64,000 bases of DNA, from assembly GCA_964016885.1 (NCBI GenBank), contig OZ024743.1, positions 359,600,001 to 359,664,000 of the forward strand, read 5' to 3'. A program made the position numbers and the translations under genes. The notes under the pieces are model-generated. The model was not told where the DNA came from and did no database searches. It saw nothing but the letters and a program-made list of their open reading frames with translations. The stretch is from Eledone cirrhosa (taxonomy: Eukaryota). The first letter of the stretch is position 1. Every line of letters begins with the position of its first letter. Shown piece after piece: positions 63,941-64,000 of this stretch.

Positions 63941-64000
63941 GTATGCGTTATGAAATATTAAACACATTTCTGACAATTGCCATTTGATAATAGTGGTTTG

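Overview
Eukaryotic, AT-rich, almost entirely repeat-derived DNA. The (TA)n/(CA)n-saturated background and the SINE families suggest a cephalopod such as Octopus; this is my inference, not a database result. I cannot support any intact host protein-coding gene, and most listed ORFs are microsatellite artefacts. Recognisable content: six decayed Penelope-like retroelements (PLEs; five Naiad-like, one Neptune-like), a near full-length Tx1/L1-type LINE, two Dong/R4-type RLE LINEs, an RTE-like remnant, Helitron and Tc1/mariner derivatives, and more than 15 tRNA-SINE copies. The main result is RNA-level. At 61466-62726 there are four near-identical 318-bp tandem units. Each folds into a complete type I hammerhead ribozyme (HHR) with a compensatory U3-A8 core (UUGAUAA instead of CUGANGA), a long stem I and a GUC cleavage site; units 2 and 3 are intact. 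This is a candidate retrozyme / circular-RNA system fused to a 5'-truncated Naiad PLE. About 14 further minimal HHR motifs mark PLE pseudo-LTR ends, and several long fold-back palindromes sit in (TA)n tracts. Coordinates were read by eye; element boundaries are approximate and all folds are manual.
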